A program made the translations under genes and the position numbers. DNA of 64,000 nt from an uncultured delta proteobacterium. Its GTDB lineage: Bacteria > Desulfobacterota > RBG-13-43-22. Shown one piece after another: positions 20,094 to 30,108 of this stretch (position 1 is the stretch's first letter; the number at the start of each line of letters is the position of its first letter). The stretch covers positions 64,001-128,000 of the forward strand of contig CAWBOS010000012.1 in NCBI GenBank assembly GCA_963790475.1. Reading direction: 5' to 3'. The notes below the pieces were generated by a model. That model did no database searches and was not told the origin of the DNA. It saw only the letters and a list, made by a program, of their open reading frames with translations.

Positions 20094-20178
20094 TGCCCAA
20101 TCGATAGCTGCTTACTTTTCAATCGTAAGATTAGAAGTTCTTTCCTTAATAGTTCCAGTTCGGATAACGAGGTGTCCC

Positions 20179-21150
20179 GTGGCAAAAGATAAATCCATTG
20201 TAAAAATTTTAGGGATCGGGATCATTCTATTATTTTCTTTAGCCCTTATTTCCAGCGAAGTCTGGGCCGGGGCCGGCGCAGGACGTTCCGGGGATTCCGG
20301 GGCAGCCGTACTTATTCAGCACCCCAGCCGCCAGGGGCCTCCCAATATCAAGGAAGTACCCGCCCTCTTCAGGATACATGTCCAACCCCAATAACCCCCC
20401 GCCTCAATCAACCGGGAGCCCTTTTCTGCGCGGCCTGGCCGGAGGTCTTGCCGGTGGTTTCCTCGGAAATCTGTTGTTTGGCGGCATGGGTCGGGCCGCG
20501 GGGTCCGGATGGGGTTCCGGTGGATCCGGTATTGGTTTTTTAGAAATTATTTTGATTATAGTGGTGATCTTTTTTGCTTCTCGTTTTATTCGGAACAGAA
20601 AAAAAAACTTAGTAGCCAAAACCGGTTCGCTGATTATTCTCCTTCCTCCTACCAACAACCCGAGACCTATTCCGCAGCGGCCCAGGGGCCGGATCAGGAT
20701 GTAGCTGTTGGAATTTCCAAGATTCAGTCCTTGGATCAGACCCTTGATCCTTTGGCTTTTAAAGACCGGGTCCAGGACCTGTTTTTTAAGATTCAGGCCA
20801 CTTGGGGAAAATCAGGATTTGGGTCCGGTCAGCCCTTTTCTTACCGATCAAATGAAAGGGATTTTTAACCAGGACCTGGAAGAACAGAAATCCAGTTGTA
20901 GCATCAACCGGTTGGAAAATATCGCCGTTCGTTCGGTGGATATCACCGAGGCCTGGCAGGAGGAAGGTAATGACTTTCTCACCCTGCTCTTTTATGCCAA
21001 TATCCTGGATTATACGGCGGACAAAACCACCGGCACTGTGATTTCCGGCAGCAAAACCGAACCGGTCGAATTTCGGGAATTCTGGACTTTTATGCGACCC
21101 ATGGGGGCAGAGACTCCTGGCAATTAAGCGCCATCCAGCAGGAAAATTAG
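20179..21150 (+). pseudogene. Tim44-like domain protein with about five frameshifts
   Basis: Signal peptide, GLAGGLAGGFLG, LENIAVR, EAWQEEG, LDYT, FREFWTF, WQLSAIQQ distributed over three frames. Confidence 0.8.
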
Positions 21151-21177
21151 TCCGGTAACACTGTAGGGTATGAGTGG

Positions 21178-21225
21178 GCCCGCATTTTCGACCATTTGAA
21201 GGCCAAGGGAAATGCGGGCTTTTTT
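21178..21225 (+). terminator. Probable intrinsic terminator
   Basis: GCCCGCATTT...AAATGCGGGC followed by T6. Confidence 0.55.
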
Positions 21226-21448
21226 CATGATGTACCAGCCTGGATTTGCCTTATTTTGCCGGTTGAGTAGGCAGGCTCCCCATTTTTATACAACATAAGA
21301 GCAACATCCCTGTTGTATTCTCCTCTCCAAGAGACCTGTAACTATGCGATTATATCTCTTTCTTTTCTCTCGACCCCTCTTCTCCAACATGATAATCATA
21401 AAACCAAATAGGAACTTATTGTTTTTCTGAGTTTTTTGACCAGAAACT

Positions 21449-22152
21449 TTGAAAGGAATGCAAATGTCTACAGAAAATTTTCGTCATACCCTGTATGTCT
21501 TGTCTCTTCTGGTTATAATCTTCTTTCCCTCCACAGTTTTTTCGTCGAGCGATTATTGCAGTAAGGACTTTTCAATCCGCCTGCCGCCCGCCTTCGTCCG
21601 ATTCACCGAGATCTCGGTCTTGAGTGGTGAGGTGGAAAAAGTGGGCCAGTGGCCCAAGAGGAATTTTGATTCGATCTTTACGACAAAAGCCGAGGATGCA
21701 AAGAACTGATCCATGAAAAGAAGTATTATTGGGCGCTCAACATGGGTCTGGTGATTCGCAGACATTATGTATTGGCCTTGAAAAATCTAAAACCTTTGGC
21801 CGAAAAGTTGGAATCGGCCCAACAAAAAGTACCCGCCGAAGATTCAGGTGGACCGGGCAGAGTTTTGGGCATGTTGTATCTGAAGGCCCCACCCTGGCCG
21901 CAAAATATCGGGGACTACGACAAAGCTTTGGCGCTGTTAAAACAAACGGTCGAACAGTTCCCGCAGCATCCGCTCAATCATTTGTTTTATGCCCAAGCCC
22001 TTTGGGCCATCAACGAATCCGATTCCAGGGAAGAGATTCGAAGGGAACTTGAAAAAACCCGCGAATTACTTAAAGAAGAACGATGGGGATTTGCCACGAA
22101 GTTTTGGGTCAAAGAATTGGAAGAGTTTGAAAAAGAAATGCCCCCTCAATAA
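21449..22152 (+). pseudogene. Fragmented exported TPR-like protein(s)
   Basis: Signal-peptide ORF 21449-21709 and a TPR-like C-terminal piece 21742-22152 (RVLGMLYLKAPPWP..IGD..KAL, NHLFYAQAL). Confidence 0.45.
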
Positions 22153-22365
22153 TACACACCCATCCTCGATGCTTTATTATTTACCGGTCAATCAAAATCT
22201 GTACGAGACGGGTCCTAACCAAGCAAAGCGCTTGCCCCAATACAGTAAATCAATAACCTTTTCCCCTCAATAGGGCACTCCCAGCAATCCTTAAGGGTTC
22301 CCTTAAGGGGAGAGCTTTGTTGCGCCCCGGAGGGTCTTCAACCGCGGCCAAATCACTTCTCGAGG

Positions 22366-23028
22366 TTACTCTTCGGGGGGTCTGGTGTGGCGGATCATTT
22401 TGCCTTCATTCATATAGACCACCATCTCGGCCAGATTCGTGGCATGATCGGCAATACGCTCCAGGTATTTGGAAATGTAGGAAATCTTGACGGCCCGGGT
22501 TATGGTCGAGCTGTCCTTTATCATAAATAATAATAGTTCATTAAAAGTTTGCACCGTGAGCTGATCAACTTCATCATCCCTTTTAATCACGTCATAAGCC
22601 AGGGAGGTGTTTTTTTCCAGGAAGGCCTGGAGGGCATCCCGCACCATACCCTCGGCGATCTCAGCCATGCGGGGGATATCAATATAAGGTTTCAACTGAG
22701 GTTCTTCATTAAGTTCCAAGGCCCTTTCGCAGATATCCACGGCGTAATCCCCCATCCGTTCCAGATCCGTAGTGATCTTCATGGCCGTGGTAATGAATCG
22801 CAAGTCCCCGGCCGTGGGTTGGCGCAGGGCAATAAGCCTGATACATTCTTCGTCAACCGACACATCGAAGGCATTGATCCGGGCATCGTTTTCAATCACC
22901 TGCCGGGCCAGGTCACTGTTTCGTTCCACCAGAGATTTGATGGAACGGTCGATGGCTTCTTCCACCAGGGACCCCATTTTAAGGATCTGCACCTTGAGAT
23001 CGCTTAATTCATCTTCAAAGATAGTCAT
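22366..23028 (-). CDS. phoU: Phosphate signalling protein PhoU
   Basis: QPTAGDLR, DLERMGD, LERIADHATN. Confidence 0.97.
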   Translation of the reverse strand: MTIFEDELSDLKVQILKMGSLVEEAIDRSIKSLVERNSDLARQVIENDARINAFDVSVDEECIRLIALRQPTAGDLRFITTAMKITTDLERMGDYAVDICERALELNEEPQLKPYIDIPRMAEIAEGMVRDALQAFLEKNTSLAYDVIKRDDEVDQLTVQTFNELLLFMIKDSSTITRAVKISYISKYLERIADHATNLAEMVVYMNEGKMIRHTRPPEE

Positions 23029-23089
23029 GGCTTTTTCCTGCTTAAATTTTTCGGAGGATTATCATTTCAGATCATGTTAATATTCTATC

Positions 23090-24925
23090 ATGAAAGACAA
23101 TCCATTCCAATATCAAAATATTCGGTTTCTGCCCATCCTCCACAACCGCCTGGAGTTCGCCCTGGAGGTCCACCGGCAAATTCTTGAATTCCAGCCCCAG
23201 GTCATAGCGGTTGAGCTCCCCCCAACTATTCAAGAGCCGGTCTTGACTGCGGTCAAAAGACTGCCCGACCTCTCCGTGATCCTCTATCCTGAAAAATCAG
23301 GGCGTTATATTTATCTTCCCATAGAGCCGGTAGATGGAATTATTGAGGCCATACGCCTGGGCATCGAGAAAACCCTCCCGGTTTTTTTTATCGACCGGGA
23401 TACCGAGGCCTATCCCCAGAGGTCCGATCCCATGCCCGATCCTTATGCCGTCACCCAAATCGGTTATCGGTCCTATTGCCTGGCCTACCTTAAAGAACGG
23501 GGACAGGAGACCCCTTCGCCTGACGATGCCTTAAGAGAACGCACCATGGCCAGTCAGGCCCTCAGATTAAACCATCAATATCAGAGAATCCTGCTGATTT
23601 GTGGGCTGATCCATTGGTCGGGCATTGTTCACCAACTCGATAAGAACCCGGAATTGCCCTTGGGAAGACAGAAACGCTCCGGGGTCATCGTCGGATATTT
23701 GAAAGAATCCTCCAGCCGGGAAATCCTCTCTGAAATGCCTTTTCTGCAAAGGAGATATGAAGAAGAAAGGGCCTGTGCCGGTTCCCATGATTCCCATTTT
23801 CTAAAGCTGAATCGTCTGTCCGTTCAGGAAGAATTGTTAAACGGGGCCAAGGAAGCGCATCGGAAAAACAGCCGGGAAAAGATCGAGACCTATCAGTTGG
23901 GCCAGATAAGAAAATTTGCCCGTAACCTGGCCTTGATTCAAGGTAGTTTATCACCTGATTTTTATCAGTTGTTAATGGCCTCCAGGGGAATGGTCAACGA
24001 CAATTTTGCCTATGAGGTTTGGGACCTTGCCTCCCGTTATCCTTTTCAGGAAGCCTCCCCTCCATTGCCGGAAATCGAGGTAACGGCAGAAGATCTGCGG
24101 ATTAACCAAAAACAGATTCGTTTTTACCGACGTTTTCGGACTTTTCGACCTCGGCTGGTGCCTGTCCCTTTAAAAAAGAGGCCTTCTCCGGCAGAAAAAG
24201 AGGGATACAAAAAGCATTGGGACGGCCGGTATATCTGCTCCTATCCCCCGGAAGATATCCGGGTGGAAGGGCTGGGTGATTATGTCAAAAAAAAGGTCCG
24301 GGGTGTTTTGTCTCAGGAACAAGTCCGGGTGATTCCTTTTTCTTCCTCCATGATGGACGGTTTGGATATCCGGGAGACCTTGCGTCAGGTTGTGGAACAA
24401 AAGATCTATGTCCGGGAAGAGATCCAGGTCCGCGGACGGGTGGGATCAGTGGTATTTATTTTCCATGAGGATGAACCGCCGGAGGAGAAGACGGAACAGT
24501 TCCCATGGAAATTAACCTGGCTGGGGGAACACAATCAGGAATCGGATATGGCCTTTTATGCCACTCCGGCCGGAGATGAGGTGATCGGTCCGGGCATTTC
24601 CCGCTGTGAGTACGGCGGCTTTGTTTTGAGTTATCCCCCCTTCCGGATGGCTGACATCTGGAAAGACCGTTTTTTCAATATGGCCCGCTCCAAGGCCGAG
24701 AGATTGCTTCTATCCGGGATCGATTACAGTGAAGAACGGCTGGTGGCCTATATCGCCGCGAAACCTCCCCGTTCCTATTGCCATACTTTTGCCCATAACC
24801 AAGGTCGGAAGATCATCTACCTGCCCCTGGGCCAATTCTCTCCCGTGCTTCTGACCAAAATCCGCTTTTTTCATGTCCTGGAAAATCCGGATTTGCGCCG
24901 AGTCGCTCATTTCTATGTTCGGTGA
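23090..24925 (+). CDS. Hypothetical protein, 611 aa, with a TraB/DUF5682-like N terminus
   Basis: Long ORF with host-like codon usage; LPILH, IAVELP, RERTMA, CGLIHW. Confidence 0.7.
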   Translation: MKDNPFQYQNIRFLPILHNRLEFALEVHRQILEFQPQVIAVELPPTIQEPVLTAVKRLPDLSVILYPEKSGRYIYLPIEPVDGIIEAIRLGIEKTLPVFFIDRDTEAYPQRSDPMPDPYAVTQIGYRSYCLAYLKERGQETPSPDDALRERTMASQALRLNHQYQRILLICGLIHWSGIVHQLDKNPELPLGRQKRSGVIVGYLKESSSREILSEMPFLQRRYEEERACAGSHDSHFLKLNRLSVQEELLNGAKEAHRKNSREKIETYQLGQIRKFARNLALIQGSLSPDFYQLLMASRGMVNDNFAYEVWDLASRYPFQEASPPLPEIEVTAEDLRINQKQIRFYRRFRTFRPRLVPVPLKKRPSPAEKEGYKKHWDGRYICSYPPEDIRVEGLGDYVKKKVRGVLSQEQVRVIPFSSSMMDGLDIRETLRQVVEQKIYVREEIQVRGRVGSVVFIFHEDEPPEEKTEQFPWKLTWLGEHNQESDMAFYATPAGDEVIGPGISRCEYGGFVLSYPPFRMADIWKDRFFNMARSKAERLLLSGIDYSEERLVAYIAAKPPRSYCHTFAHNQGRKIIYLPLGQFSPVLLTKIRFFHVLENPDLRRVAHFYVR

Positions 24926-24999
24926 AAGAAAAGGGGCTGGTGGATTATCCATCAAAAGGAGGGGACTATTAACCAAAAAGAGAAGAGGTTTGAATCGAA

Positions 25000-25245
25000 T
25001 CATTCATTAAAATATCGGCCGGGTTTAAAAATAAATCCGTCGTGTTCGGCCCAAAGCTTGAGACACCAATCAATGAGCCCTCTAAGCTCCTGCAGTTCTT
25101 CCGCCGCCGGCAAGACCTTTGGTAAATTGATCGTTTCGGTCCTCTGAAATTCCGCAAGTCTTTCTTTCAGGTTCTTGTTAAGTACTTTTAACTGGCTACT
25201 TATCTTTTCCTTCATATCCGCTTCCGACGGTTTGCTTCTGGGCAT
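25000..25245 (-). CDS. Small hypothetical protein
   Basis: 81 aa ORF with a GAAGGT RBS; fills the gap between neighbours. Confidence 0.5.
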   Translation of the reverse strand: MPRSKPSEADMKEKISSQLKVLNKNLKERLAEFQRTETINLPKVLPAAEELQELRGLIDWCLKLWAEHDGFIFKPGRYFNE

Positions 25246-25328
25246 TGTTTACCTTCTTTATTTAAAAATAATCAAGAATAGGTTATCATATTTTTCCCTT
25301 TTATCCAAAAAATATTGAATTATTGACC

Positions 25329-25793
25329 ATGGAAGAAATATTCTCCAAGCTCATCTCCGGAGGACAAACCGGCGTGGACCGGGCGGCCCTCGATGCGGCC
25401 CTGGAATTGGGCTTACCGACAGGCGGGTGGTGCCCCAAGGGCCGGCGAGCCGAGGACGGCTCGATTCCCATGCATTATACTTTGCTGGAGACCAGCTCCT
25501 CAGCCTATCCGACCCGGACCGAAAAAAATATCCTGGGCTCGGACGGCACCCTTATCCTGACCTGGGGACGACCTACGGGCGGAACGGCCCTGACCATTAA
25601 ATTGGCCAGGGTTCACCAAAAACCGTTTTTGATTATTGACCTGTCCGCCGTAAAGGACTTTCATGCGGTTCGGGAATGGGGCAAGACTTACCAAATCAAA
25701 ATCCTGAACGTGGCCGGTCCCAGGGAGAGTGAGGCCCCTGGAATACATAATAAGGCCTTTTCTTTTTTAATAAAAATCCTTCGGTCCTTCTAA
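25329..25793 (+). CDS. Putative molybdenum carrier / cpYpsA SLOG family protein
   Basis: ISGGQTGVDRAALD, GGWCPKGR, RTEKN, LNVAGPRES. Confidence 0.9.
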   Translation: MEEIFSKLISGGQTGVDRAALDAALELGLPTGGWCPKGRRAEDGSIPMHYTLLETSSSAYPTRTEKNILGSDGTLILTWGRPTGGTALTIKLARVHQKPFLIIDLSAVKDFHAVREWGKTYQIKILNVAGPRESEAPGIHNKAFSFLIKILRSF

Positions 25794-25803
25794 CGCCCCC
25801 TAT

Positions 25804-26616
25804 TTACCCCGGCGTTTCCATATTGGTCAAAACCAGCAGGCGGAGGGAATTTCCTTTGTAGTTCTTCCCCGACAAACAATAAAGGCTGGGAGGTTCCAGG
25901 CCGGATTCGATCACCATCGTCTTCCAGGTCTCGGCCTTGGAGTGCAAACGGTCCCGGGGATTCAACGGAAAAACAAAAAAATACCTGCCTGATGGCCGTT
26001 CCGATAAAATCCTTTTGATTTCTTTCAGCACTCGGGGCACATCGGGAATTAGGTCCAATAAATTAATACTGATGATTAAATCTCCGGTATGCTCCGCCAA
26101 GGGCAGGTGTTCTACCTTGCCGACCGTAAAATGAATGTTATTAATTTCTCTTTGCCGGGCCAGATGGGTTCCATGTTTGATCATGTGATGAGAAAAATCC
26201 AGGCCGAAAATTCTACTTCCTGGGCAACAGTACTGGGCCAGGAAAACCTCCTGCCAGCATGAACCGGCCCCCAGGCTGATGATGTTATGATAGGTTTCCA
26301 ACCGATCCAGGCGGTTTAACAATAAAAGTCCGCGGTTCAAATTCCTTCTCGAATATTCGGCCCAGGTGGGCGCCCAGCTTTCCCAGAAAAACGGGTTTTC
26401 TAATTTTTGTTCGGAGATCCCTTTGAATTTTTTTAAGGCCCTCTCCAGAGCTTCGAGTTCTTCGGTTCGCAATTCAGGTCCCAGGGTACTTTCCAGAAAT
26501 TCTTCCCAGGTTTTTTCAACCAATACCTGTTGAGGGGTCAAGGGGATAAATTGCCTTCCGAAATATGTGCCCTTCGGTGTTAATTTTATGGATTGGACCA
26601 GATTATTATTCATCAT
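25804..26616 (-). CDS. Class I SAM-dependent methyltransferase
   Basis: SLGAGS, GLDFS..M, VEHLPL, LKEIKRIL. Confidence 0.8.
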   Translation of the reverse strand: MMNNNLVQSIKLTPKGTYFGRQFIPLTPQQVLVEKTWEEFLESTLGPELRTEELEALERALKKFKGISEQKLENPFFWESWAPTWAEYSRRNLNRGLLLLNRLDRLETYHNIISLGAGSCWQEVFLAQYCCPGSRIFGLDFSHHMIKHGTHLARQREINNIHFTVGKVEHLPLAEHTGDLIISINLLDLIPDVPRVLKEIKRILSERPSGRYFFVFPLNPRDRLHSKAETWKTMVIESGLEPPSLYCLSGKNYKGNSLRLLVLTNMETPG

Positions 26617-26625
26617 AGTTTTCCT

Positions 26626-26768
26626 GAGAGCCTTGAAAAAGGTTCAATTTTGGTCAAGATCAAGGAAGACGAAAATTTTAACCACAGGAATACATATAGT
26701 ATTTCGAGGATTAAAATTTGAGTCTGACACAGAGATTGGGCAAAAGGGGACATTTTTGAAAAACTCTC
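26626..26768. mobile_element. MITE-like repeat, copy 1 (about 143 bp)
   Basis: Closely similar to 53636-53777; inverted ends GAGAGCCTTGAAAAA...TTTTTGAAAAACTCTC. Confidence 0.8.
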
Positions 26769-28215
26769 ATCCTTTGATGACTCCTAATGGTCTCAACCTG
26801 GCCACCTTTTTGGCAATACCGGCCTGATGGATCACCTCGACCACTTGGGCCACATCCTTATAGGCCTCCGAGATTTCTTCGACGATGGTCCCCAAGCCGG
26901 CCCCTTGCACATATATTCCCCGGTCCTCCATCTCCCGGACTACAGACCGGCCTCTGGCAGCCTTCTTAGCAGCCTGGCGGCTCATGACCCGGCCGGCGCC
27001 ATGACAGGCACTGCCGAAAGTCTCTTGCATAGCCCGATCGGTTCCCAACAAAACATAAGAGTAACGGCCCATGTCACCTGGTATCAGGACCGGCTGCCCT
27101 ATCTCCCGAAAGGCTGGTGGGATCTGAGGATGATTGGGAGGGAAAGCCCGGGTCGCCCCCTTGCGGTGCACGCATAAAGATTTCATTAGACCATCCACCT
27201 GGTGATCCTCAAATTTCGCAATATTATGGCACAGGTCATAGATCAGTTCCAGTTGCAGAATCTTGGGACTGATCCGCAAAACCCGTTCCAGGGTTTCCTG
27301 AACCCAATGGGTAATAATCTGCCGGTTGGCAAAAGCGAAGTTGGCGGCCGCAGCCATAACCGCCAGATATTCCCTCCCTTCGGAAGAGGCGATTGGGGCG
27401 CAGCACAATTGTCGATCCGGTAATTCGATGCCATATTTGGCCGTGGCCGGGATGAGTTTTTTTATGGCGTCGTCACAAACCTGGTGTCCGAGACCCCGAG
27501 ATCCGGTATGGACCATTACCGTGACCTGTTGGTCAAAAAGGCCCAGTTGGCTGGCCGCTTTCGGATCGTAAATCGTTTCCACATAACCTACTTCGACAAA
27601 ATGATTACCCGAACCGAGGGTGCCTAATTGATCTTTTCCTCGTTCCATGGCCCTGGCCGAAACCAGATCCGGCCCGGCCCCCTCGATACAACCGCCTTCT
27701 TCGATATGTTCCAGATCTTCCTGGCCCCCGAACCCTTGGCTCACAGCCCACCGCGCACCCAGAGCCAACACTTTTTCCTGATCCTTGGCTGTAAGTTTAA
27801 AATCCTTGCGGTGTGAACCCAACCCGGAAGGGATATTCCGAAACAGGGCCTGGACGATTTCCTTGACCCGGCCTTCGATCTCTTTGCGGCTCAACCCGGA
27901 GCGCAGCAACCGCACCCCTCAATTGATGTCGTAGCCCACCCCGCCCGGCGAGACGACCCCTTGGTCAGGATCAAAAGCCGCAACGCCTCCAATAGGGAAA
28001 CCGTACCCCCAATGGATATCCGGCATGCCCAACGAGGGGCCGACAATTCCCGGCAGCCAGGCGACATTGGCCACTTGCTGCAGGCTTTGGTCCTGCTTTA
28101 AATCGGAAAGCAGGGCCTCGGACACGAAAACCAGGCCATCGGTCCGCATCTTCCCCTCCCGGGGGATCCGGAAACGGTAATCATCTATTTTTTCAATTTT
28201 TATTTTCTCGCTCAT
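26767..28215 (-). CDS. rtcB: RtcB RNA ligase (archaeal/eukaryote-like), probable selenoprotein (U99)
   Basis: Two ORFs join in frame through TGA 27921-27919: [16 protein letters not shown], where the family reads DINCGVR. Other motifs [40 protein letters not shown] are intact. GGAG RBS before ATG 28215. Confidence 0.9.
27885..27918 (-). promoter_or_regulatory. Bacterial SECIS-like hairpin
   Basis: TGCGCTC-CGGGTT-GAGC(C)GCA; the loop starts 20 nt after the UGA and has G at its second position. Confidence 0.55.
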
Positions 28216-28232
28216 AAGATACTCCAGCCGGT

Positions 28233-28385
28233 AGAAGCCAGAATTCATAAGTCAGAATTCAGAATAATAAACCAATTCATTTTTAGATTTATGATTTTTT
28301 ATTTGGTCACTAAAGAGTTTATTGCCTCTCTCGAATTTGTCACCAGGATTTTTCTTCTGGCTTCTGGCTCCTGTATCTGGCTTCT
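28233..28385. repeat. Inverted heptamer repeat tracts between archease and rtcB
   Basis: AGAAGCC AGAATTC ATAAGTC AGAATTC (28233-28267) and TTCTGGC TTCTGGC TCCTGTA TCTGGC (28352-28385). Confidence 0.6.
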
Positions 28386-28386
28386 T

Positions 28387-28815
28387 TCATAGATCGAAAA
28401 TTACCCGGGCCCGCCAAAACCCCTTTGCTTCCCATATACGCAACTGATGATAGGTGACCGCTTTGACCACTGTCTTGACCTGGTGTTTCTTTGGATCAAG
28501 GGATTCTCCCCAGCCAATGGCGGAAAGGGTCTGAGGAGTCATGGTCTGAATTGATAACCGGCCAAAAACCAGATGTTCTGTTTCAAAGATATATAAAAGC
28601 TCACCAAGCCAAGCCACCAGAAGGGCTTCCAGGTCCGGGGCTTCACTGGTAATCGCTCTTTCCTGTCGTAGCTTAATCCCACGGGCTTCCACCATGACAT
28701 CAAAAAAAGCCCAGCCCGCCTGGGCAAAAAGATCAGGAAGGTCCTTCCCCCAAACCTCCATGCCTAAATCAGCCGGGTGGGATATCAGGCGATATGGTTT
28801 TCGAAATTTGTCCAT
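28387..28815 (-). CDS. Archease
   Basis: HPADLG, LLVAWLGELLY, VKAVTYHQL, VIFDL. Confidence 0.93.
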   Translation of the reverse strand: MDKFRKPYRLISHPADLGMEVWGKDLPDLFAQAGWAFFDVMVEARGIKLRQERAITSEAPDLEALLVAWLGELLYIFETEHLVFGRLSIQTMTPQTLSAIGWGESLDPKKHQVKTVVKAVTYHQLRIWEAKGFWRARVIFDL

Positions 28816-28866
28816 ACTCTATTATAAAGAGGTCCTCCATTCATTTCAGCAATTTTTTTTTAATTC

Positions 28867-28899
28867 AAAAAAAGCCCATACTCTTTCGGGAATGGGCTT
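28867..28899 (-). terminator. Intrinsic terminator after dsrP
   Basis: AAGCCCAT...ATGGGC followed by T7. Confidence 0.8.
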
Positions 28900-28931
28900 A
28901 AGATGGATTTCAAATTTGGAAAAATGACTGA

Positions 28932-30101
28932 TTAATGAATCGAGGCGCTGTTGGGGTCCAGCTTGACTGAGATGGCGATTTTATAAAGAAGGGTCAGCAC
29001 CAGAAAACCGGTGGCCCAAACTCCGAGGGCGATAAAGATTTCCGGCAGAGTAGGGGCATATTGGGTAATGTGCTCCAGGGGAGAAGGCACAAAGCCGGTA
29101 ATGACCAGGGTAATTCCCTTTTCAATCCACAGCGAGCCGAAAACCCCAATGCAGGCCGCCATCAGCCAGGCATTGCTTCTCTTTACCAAAGGTAATAATA
29201 AAATTAAGGCGGACAGGACACCGGCCACCACCGAGACCCAGGTCCAGGGCACGTAACGGTTATAACCGTCCAGTCCCCAGAAGAGATACTGAAGGGGTTG
29301 TTTATGGGAGGGGATATTACTGTAGAAGGCAGTAAAAATCTCCAGAAGAACAAAGAAAATACTAAGCAACATGGCGTAGGCGACAATATTTTTCAGCTTA
29401 TTGATGGCTGTTTGTCCGGGATCAAAACCGGTCAAACGCTTGACCAGCAGGCCCAGGATGATCAACAAGGCCGGACCGGCGGCAAAGGCCGAACCCAAAA
29501 AGCGGACGGCCATGATAGCCGTCAGCCAGTAATGCCGGCTGGGCTGGCCGGCGTACAGAAAGGCCGTGACCGTATGGATACTGATCGCCCAGGGTATGGA
29601 GAGATAAATAAGCGGCTTAACCCACTTGGGCGGGGCAACCGCCTTTCTTTCTGCGGCCAGGATATTCCAGCCTATAAGGATATTAAGCAGCAGATAGACG
29701 TTCAAAACGATAAAATCCCAGAAAAGGATGGAATTCGGTGTCGGGTAGAGGATGAGATTCAAAACCCGGGTCGGATAGCCCATATCGACGAAGACAAAAA
29801 GCATGCACATGATCACCGCGGCAATAGCCAGGAATTCCCCCAGGATAGTGATCCTCCCAAAGTCCTCGATATTATGCAGGTAATAAGGCAAAACCAGCAT
29901 GACCGCCGAAGCCGCCACTCCGACCAGGAAGGTAAACTGGCCGATATACAACCCCCAGGAGACATCCCGTGACATCCCGGTTATGCGCAAGCCTTCATTG
30001 AACTGATAGAGATAACAGATAAAACCGATGCCGATAAAGATCAGTAAAAAGAAGATCCAGCTCCAATACTCTTTTGATCCGGACAGCGCCTTTTCAAACA
30101 T
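28932..30101 (-). CDS. dsrP: DsrP, NrfD-family membrane subunit
   Basis: TGMSRDVSWGLYI, SIHTVTAFL; last gene of dsrMKJOP. Confidence 0.95.
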   Translation of the reverse strand: MFEKALSGSKEYWSWIFFLLIFIGIGFICYLYQFNEGLRITGMSRDVSWGLYIGQFTFLVGVAASAVMLVLPYYLHNIEDFGRITILGEFLAIAAVIMCMLFVFVDMGYPTRVLNLILYPTPNSILFWDFIVLNVYLLLNILIGWNILAAERKAVAPPKWVKPLIYLSIPWAISIHTVTAFLYAGQPSRHYWLTAIMAVRFLGSAFAAGPALLIILGLLVKRLTGFDPGQTAINKLKNIVAYAMLLSIFFVLLEIFTAFYSNIPSHKQPLQYLFWGLDGYNRYVPWTWVSVVAGVLSALILLLPLVKRSNAWLMAACIGVFGSLWIEKGITLVITGFVPSPLEHITQYAPTLPEIFIALGVWATGFLVLTLLYKIAISVKLDPNSASIH

Positions 30102-30108
30102 AGTCACC

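Noticed and set aside
21707-21709. TGA in the TPR remnant as selenocysteine
   Set aside because: No Cys-motif context and read-through does not join the downstream frame.
26767-28248. rtcB as a pseudogene, two genes or intein-containing
   Set aside because: The single in-frame TGA sits exactly at the conserved Cys, total length is normal and there is no insertion.
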